Part shown: in pieces, positions 27,825 through 32,000 of the stretch
How the letters are laid out: each line of letters opens with the position of its first letter
How positions within the stretch are numbered: position 1 is the first letter of the stretch
Source of the DNA: Pseudodesulfovibrio piezophilus C1TLV30
GTDB lineage: Bacteria; Desulfobacterota; Desulfovibrionia; Desulfovibrionales; Desulfovibrionaceae
Assembly: GCF_000341895.1 (NCBI RefSeq)
Contig: NC_020409.1
Coordinates: 930,001-962,000 of the forward strand
Direction of reading: 5' to 3'
Length of the DNA: 32,000 nucleotides
Translations under genes and position numbers: made by a program
The notes under the pieces: model-generated
What the model saw: only the letters and a program-made list of their open reading frames with translations
The model's database searches: none
Told to the model about the DNA's origin: nothing

Positions 27825-29336
27825 GTGACCAGACCTGTCAGAATCCGCATAATAAATGAGTTGGGCAACCTACAGACCCTTCCCGATGGCCCGAATCAAT
27901 TCGAAGTAATCCCAGGTGCCAAAAATCTTATTTGCCTCGGTCTTGGTCCGGAACCAGCTGAAATTAAAAAATTATTCCCACAGTATACACACGCATACTT
28001 CATAGAATGCCCGACCATGCAATCGCAAATTCAATCATGGGACAAAAGGGTTCCATCCGGTTTTCTCCCATTAGACCCTCAACTTTTTACTCCAGAACTG
28101 GCGGCGCAGAGTACGATTATACGATATAGGCCAGGTCTCAAGGCCTTTCCGTCATTCTGGGCCCCTCTAACGGCACGGGTGGCTCTGGGCCATACGATCC
28201 TCACGCCTCAATCACAAATAGCCTGGCTCCCCTTCGCTGAAAACGATCTCCTGGTCAGAGAACTTCTCCATGCTTTGGAAGCCAGAGGGTATACTGTCCG
28301 CACCATCAATCAGGAGCACTTGGAACGCTCGCCAGGCACAGCTCTCCCCGCTTTCATGGAGCATGAGACTCCTGCGTTATTTCTTTCCGTCAACTTCAAG
28401 GGATTGGACCCCTTTGGGCTTGGCTTCAACATCCTGCGTGAAGCAGGTGTTAAAACAGGTATCTGGCTGGTGGATAATCCATTCAACATCCTCCCCTCAA
28501 TAAAGTCCGGTTTTTGGAAAGAAGTCCCTCTTTTCGTCACGGATCACACTTTTATAACTCCCCTCAAAAGAGCCGGAGCATCAGAAGTCACTCATCTCCC
28601 CCTTGCGGCCTGTCCTGAATTATTCTCTCAGCCCGGCCCCCTGCCGGATCACGGCAACGACCTGGAAAACAAACTTGTTTTTGTCGGCCGTTCTGAATTC
28701 CCCAGAAAACAGAAATTTTTTGCAGGATTAAAACCACCCAAAGCCCAGATGGAACAGGCTGTCTCAATGCTCAGTCGTGGGGAGCGTCCTCACTTCCACT
28801 GGTGGCATAAGCAAATCCCATCCCGCCCCTGGCCGGGCAATGAGATTCGAACAGTAGGGATAGGCGCAGAAGTGACCGGGCAACGGTGGAAGCTCGACTG
28901 CCTCACGGCAGCCGGGGAAGAGACAGTCATTTTCGGTGACGATAAATGGCGTCAATACTCAGGGATAACAAACGACATTCGCCGATTTCTCGATTACTAC
29001 GGAGCACTCCCCGCCGTGTACCACGCTGCAGGTGCGATACTCAACATCACGGGTATGCAACTCCCTGCCGGACTAACCCAGCGTCACTTTGATGTTTGGT
29101 GCGCTGGCGGCTTCCTCCTCACCGACGCCAACCCCGGTCTGACGATCTTTCCCGATTCGCTCACCACGCCCATTACATATAAGGTCACGGCAGATATCGG
29201 ACCACTTTTCACTACCTTTCAAAAGAATGACTCCGATAAAATCACTTTACAAGACGCCTGGAAAAAAGAAATCCAAGAGCACCATACCTATCACAACAGA
29301 CTTGAAACCCTCACTCAAGCTCTCGGGCTTCCCTGA
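27825..29336 (+). CDS. Hypothetical protein with a CgeB-like glycosyltransferase-fold C-terminus (DUF3880/Glyco_trans_1_2-like)
   Basis: 503-aa ORF with a GTG start and no clear SD. The C-terminal ILNITGMQLPAGLTQRHFDVWCAGGFLLTD resembles the N-x-R-x-FE-x-x-A-x-G-x-LL-x-D block of CgeB-type proteins. I do not recognise the N-terminal half. Confidence 0.6.
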   Translation: MTRPVRIRIINELGNLQTLPDGPNQFEVIPGAKNLICLGLGPEPAEIKKLFPQYTHAYFIECPTMQSQIQSWDKRVPSGFLPLDPQLFTPELAAQSTIIRYRPGLKAFPSFWAPLTARVALGHTILTPQSQIAWLPFAENDLLVRELLHALEARGYTVRTINQEHLERSPGTALPAFMEHETPALFLSVNFKGLDPFGLGFNILREAGVKTGIWLVDNPFNILPSIKSGFWKEVPLFVTDHTFITPLKRAGASEVTHLPLAACPELFSQPGPLPDHGNDLENKLVFVGRSEFPRKQKFFAGLKPPKAQMEQAVSMLSRGERPHFHWWHKQIPSRPWPGNEIRTVGIGAEVTGQRWKLDCLTAAGEETVIFGDDKWRQYSGITNDIRRFLDYYGALPAVYHAAGAILNITGMQLPAGLTQRHFDVWCAGGFLLTDANPGLTIFPDSLTTPITYKVTADIGPLFTTFQKNDSDKITLQDAWKKEIQEHHTYHNRLETLTQALGLP

Positions 29337-29427
29337 CTTTCCTGTAATAGATTCCGTCAAATAACTCTCCACACAATGAAAAAAGGTTGTGCCACTGCAC
29401 AAAAAGGACTAATGATTTTCACTCCAT

Positions 29428-29503
29428 TGGGGACGTAGCTCAGCTGGGAGAGCGCTGCCTTCGCAAGGCAGAAGTCGAGAGTTCAAATCTCTTCGTCTCC
29501 ACC
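29428..29503 (+). tRNA. tRNA-Ala (anticodon CGC), CCA encoded
   Basis: GGGGACGTAGCTCAGCTGGGAGAGCGCTGCCTTCGCAAGGCAGAAGTCGAGAGTTCAAATCTCTTCGTCTCCACCA folds as a cloverleaf by hand. It has the G3:U70 Ala identity pair and the anticodon loop TTCGCAA. Confidence 0.95.
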
Positions 29504-29511
29504 AAGAAAGA

Positions 29512-29547
29512 CAAAGGGTTTCAAGTGATTACTTGAAACCCTTTTTT
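29512..29547 (+). terminator. Rho-independent terminator after tRNA-Ala
   Basis: GGGTTTCAAGT-gatt-ACTTGAAACCC (11-bp stem) is followed by TTTTTTT. Confidence 0.75.
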
Positions 29548-29952
29548 TATTTACCGCAATAAACACCACATTCCCACCACTTGCCCCCCTCATTTCAGAC
29601 CCCAAAAGTCGACATCAGATAAAAAAAAGACAACTCTATTAACATGATCCTATTGGTGGATTATTTAGCAAACAGATGAAAATCAAGGGCAGAATCTCTC
29701 ACTAGTTGGGATTCACCAATCCCGTGAAGATCACAAAGATCTTTGACATAATGAGGCCGACGCCGAACAGGACGACACTGTCGCATGATCACAACACATG
29801 TACAGACATCTACGCATCTAAGACGCCCTGTGAGTCGGCCGGACAGTCAGAAAGAGGACAAACTTTTAGCTACCCCTATTCATAATGACCTTGTGTAGAG
29901 AGTAACGGTTATGAGCAATCGCGCTCAGGCCAATAACACAAGGAGTCATCTT

Positions 29953-30120
29953 ATGACTATTGAACTAGATGTTCGATTTAGATTTTCATCTGCTGGAAGA
30001 CCGCTGACGAATGAAGTGTGCGTGAAACATGAAACCAGTTTCACTGAAACTGCGATCCAAATAGGATCCATGTTAATCCCGCTGTTGGCTAGCGCCATCA
30101 ACATTTTTTTCGGAAGCTAA
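29953..30120 (+). CDS. Small hypothetical protein (55 aa; 69 aa if ATG 29911 is used) with a C-terminal hydrophobic helix
   Basis: AGGAG lies 7 nt before ATG 29953. The product is MTIELDVRFRFSSAGRPLTNEVCVKHETSFTETAIQIGSMLIPLLASAINIFFGS. It ends 42 nt before the RT start. I recognise no homology. Confidence 0.35.
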   Translation: MTIELDVRFRFSSAGRPLTNEVCVKHETSFTETAIQIGSMLIPLLASAINIFFGS

Positions 30121-30162
30121 CTCCTTCTGATTTTTTTTAACTGCTTCACTTGCTGGTGATTA

Positions 30163-30769
30163 ATGCAAAAGCACAAATACCCGCTCTCTCAATCCCCCCT
30201 GTATAAACTGAGAACTAAAAAGAAACTTGCGCTTCTTTTAGGCCAATCTCTTGACGACTTACAAAAACTAGCCTCAAGTAACGACAACTACAAAGTATAT
30301 ACACTTTCTCCAAAGGGTAAGCTGGCCCACCCATACTTTTTAAAAAAAGAACGATTGGTTCAAGAAGTTCGACCACATCTAAAAAGTGTTCACGAACGAA
30401 TTTTATCCCTATTAAAATGCGTAAAAACTTCTGATTATTTACACTCTGCGACTAAGGGAAAATCGCTACAAAACGAACGCGGAAACCCATCTCCCAAACA
30501 AAGCCGCCAATAAAGTAGATATTAAAAGTTTTTATGAATCGGTAACATTTGGCCGCATCTACCATTTTTTCAACAGCACGCTAAAGTGCAACGCAGATGT
30601 CGCACATCTTCTTACAAGATTATGTGCTTTCAAAAGGACTTTACCCACAGGGTCATGTATTAGCCCACTACTTTCATTCTGGACAAATGTTGGCATGTTT
30701 GACCAGCTTTCCACTTTTAGCAAATCACACAACCTTGCCATGACCTTATACGTCGACGACGTAACTTAG
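30163..30769 (+). pseudogene. Defence-type (non-intron, UG/Abi/retron-like) reverse transcriptase, frameshifted and 3'-truncated
   Basis: Frame 1 (30163-30513) gives MQKHKYPLSQSPLYKLRTKKKLALLLGQS...YLHSATKGKS. After one extra base near 30466, the next frame reads YKTNAETHLPNKAANKVDIKSFYESV...RTLPTGSCISPLLSFW...LAMTLYVDDVT*. These correspond to RT motif A (DIKSFY), motif B (LPTGSxISPLLS) and motif C (YVDD). The reading frame stops at 30769, at the IS3 end. Confidence 0.75.
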
Positions 30770-30828
30770 AAGTGGGTTCACTTTATCGGACCACTGAGCG
30801 GCGAATTTAAGGTGGACAGTTTTACGTG

Positions 30829-31994
30829 TTACGCCGCCTTGTGGGTCCATCCCAGAGGGGGTACCCCCTCTGGGATGGGACCGCTTTGATATATCTCCAT
30901 CGGCTTGCGTCCGTCAAAGGTCTTATGAGGACGCCGATTATTGTAGAAGTTAAACCACCAGGCCAAGGCACTCCGCAGCTCACTTCCTGTCTCCAGTTCC
31001 CGCAAGTAGACACATTCGTATTTCAAAGACTTCCAGAGTCGTTCGATCATGACGTTATCCATCCAGCGTCCTCGGCCATCCATTGAAATGCGGATGCCAG
31101 CATCCCGCAGAGTCTTTGTGAATTCATAGCTGGTGAACTGGCTCCCCTGGTCTGTGTTGAATATCTCAGGTTCTCCATAACGGTTGATCGCATCCTCCAA
31201 AGCTACGACACAAAAGTCGGCCTCCATCGTATTCGACAAACGCCACGACAATACTGCCCGGCTATGCCAATCCATGATTGCCACGAGATACAAGAAGCCT
31301 CGTTTCATCGGAATGTAAGTAATGTCGGTACACCAAACTTGATTTGGCTTTGTGATCTTCATGTTCCGCAACAAATACGGATATATTTTGTGCTGTGGAT
31401 GAGGATCACTCGTCCTCGGTTTTTGGTAAATCGCCATCAAGCCCATCTTGCGCATAAGTCGTCTCACACGACCACGGCCAACCAGATGCCCTTCATCCCG
31501 CAGAATGTTGCGCATCTGGCGTGAGCCGAAAAATGGTAGCTCCATGAACAACTCGTCGATGCGTTTCATCAACTCCAAGTTATACGATGATTCGCCAATC
31601 GGCTGATAATAGTATGTTGAGCGTTGCAGTTTGAGGATTCTGCATTGTCGCCGGACGCTGAGTTGTGGATGCTCTTTGTCGACGACTTCACGCCTTCGCT
31701 CGCAGCTCAGATTTTGGCGAAGGCTTGTTGCAAAAAATCCTTCTCGATCAGAAGTTGGCCGATCTTAGCGTGCAGATCCTTGATATGTGCATCGTCCATT
31801 TGCTGGCTCTTCTCTGCCTTGCCAGAAAATGACGCGACAATACCTTCTTTGGCTTGTCGTTTCCACGTGGATATCTGGTTGGTGTGAACTCCATACTTGC
31901 TGGCCAGCTCGGAAAGTGTGTGCTCGCCAGACAAAGCGTCGAGGGCTACACGGGCTTTGAATTCAGCAGTAAATCTTCTTCTCTTCTTGGACAT
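30829..31994 (-). CDS. IS3-family transposase OrfAB, a transframe product made by -1 ribosomal slippage at 31731-31737. The DDE catalytic part is orfB.
   Basis: The -1 frame after TTTTTTG reads [73 protein letters not shown]..., the canonical OrfB N-terminus. The DDE residues sit in [16 protein letters not shown] and [12 protein letters not shown]. Confidence 0.85.
30847..30878. repeat. 32-bp perfect palindrome inside the 3' end of IS3 orfB
   Basis: CCATCCCAGAGGGGGT|ACCCCCTCTGGGATGG, with every position complementary by hand check. It codes for ..[10 protein letters not shown].. and ends 16 nt before the stop codon. Confidence 0.9.
31692..31737 (-). promoter_or_regulatory. Programmed -1 frameshift signal of the IS3 element: slippery heptamer plus downstream stem-loop
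   Basis: On the minus strand, T TTT TTG (31737-31731) is in register with orfA codons D-F-L. A 6-nt spacer follows. Then GCCTTCGC (31724-31717) pairs with GCGAAGGC (31699-31692). The 17-nt loop contains the orfA stop codon. Confidence 0.65.
31707..31994 (-). CDS. IS3-family transposase OrfA (HTH protein)
   Basis: [47 protein letters not shown] is a typical IS3 OrfA HTH, followed by a leucine-zipper-like tail. Confidence 0.88.
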   Translation of the reverse strand: MSKKRRRFTAEFKARVALDALSGEHTLSELASKYGVHTNQISTWKRQAKEGIVASFSGKAEKSQQMDDAHIKDLHAKIGQLLIEKDFLQQAFAKI

Positions 31995-32000
31995 CGAAAA

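Larger units (their letters stand above)
30770..32000 (-). mobile_element. IS3-family insertion sequence. The right end lies near 30770 and the left end is beyond the window.
   Basis: An orfA/orfB pair with a -1 frameshift arrangement. About 58 bp of non-coding terminal sequence (AAGTGGGTTCACTTTATCGGACCACTGAGCGG...) lies between the orfB stop and the broken RT gene. The exact terminal base is not determined. Confidence 0.85.

Noticed and set aside
30163-30769. Interpreting the RT as a group II intron maturase or as a classical retron RT
   Set aside because: For the group II intron reading, I see no intron 5' GUGYG or domain V-like structure and no maturase (X) domain. For the retron reading, I found no convincing a1/a2 inverted repeats or msr/msd-like structure upstream by eye. 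Retron origin cannot be fully excluded without covariance models, so the call stays at generic defence-type RT.
30822-31086. Two overlapping ORFs on opposite strands (30822..31013 minus, 30826..31086 plus) with near-identical peptide segments
   Set aside because: They are an artefact of the 32-bp palindrome and lie within or antisense to the IS3 orfB frame, which has clear DDE transposase identity.
1-32000. CRISPR arrays, rRNA genes and additional tRNAs
   Set aside because: Reading the intergenic regions, I saw no regularly spaced direct repeats and no rRNA-like or further cloverleaf sequences.

Overview
The window looks like chromosomal DNA from a Desulfovibrio-type sulfate reducer. This is inferred from gene content and order only: carB-purF adjacency, PSP1-metG, yebC-ruvC-ruvA-ruvB-comEC. 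Hand counts give about 50% GC. Positions 1-29.5 kb are mostly housekeeping genes, largely on the minus strand: a PyrK-like flavoprotein fragment, a U32 Fe-S protein, PhzF, PBP1A, a YkgJ-type Cys-cluster protein, KdsD, PurF, CarB, MetRS, a PSP1/RicT-like protein, an HDOD-MBL-CheY signalling trio, ComEC, RuvB/A/C, YebC and RlmE. A small less-conserved insert lies between carB and metG (12.4-15.7 kb). It holds an orphan FeoA-like gene, two tandem DUF523-DUF1722 (TudS/YbgA-like) paralogs and a radical-SAM-like protein without the CxxxCxxC motif. The only clearly accessory segment starts right after tRNA-Ala(CGC) at 29.5 kb. It is an AT-richer islet (about 40% GC by hand count) with no integrase. 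It contains a small ORF with a C-terminal hydrophobic helix and a defence-type (non-intron) reverse transcriptase gene. That gene is frameshifted and then cut off right after its YVDD motif by an IS3-family element that runs off the window end. I consider this decayed RT module the most interesting locus. I see no CRISPR array, no rRNA and no intact novel multi-gene system that I can defend from sequence alone.
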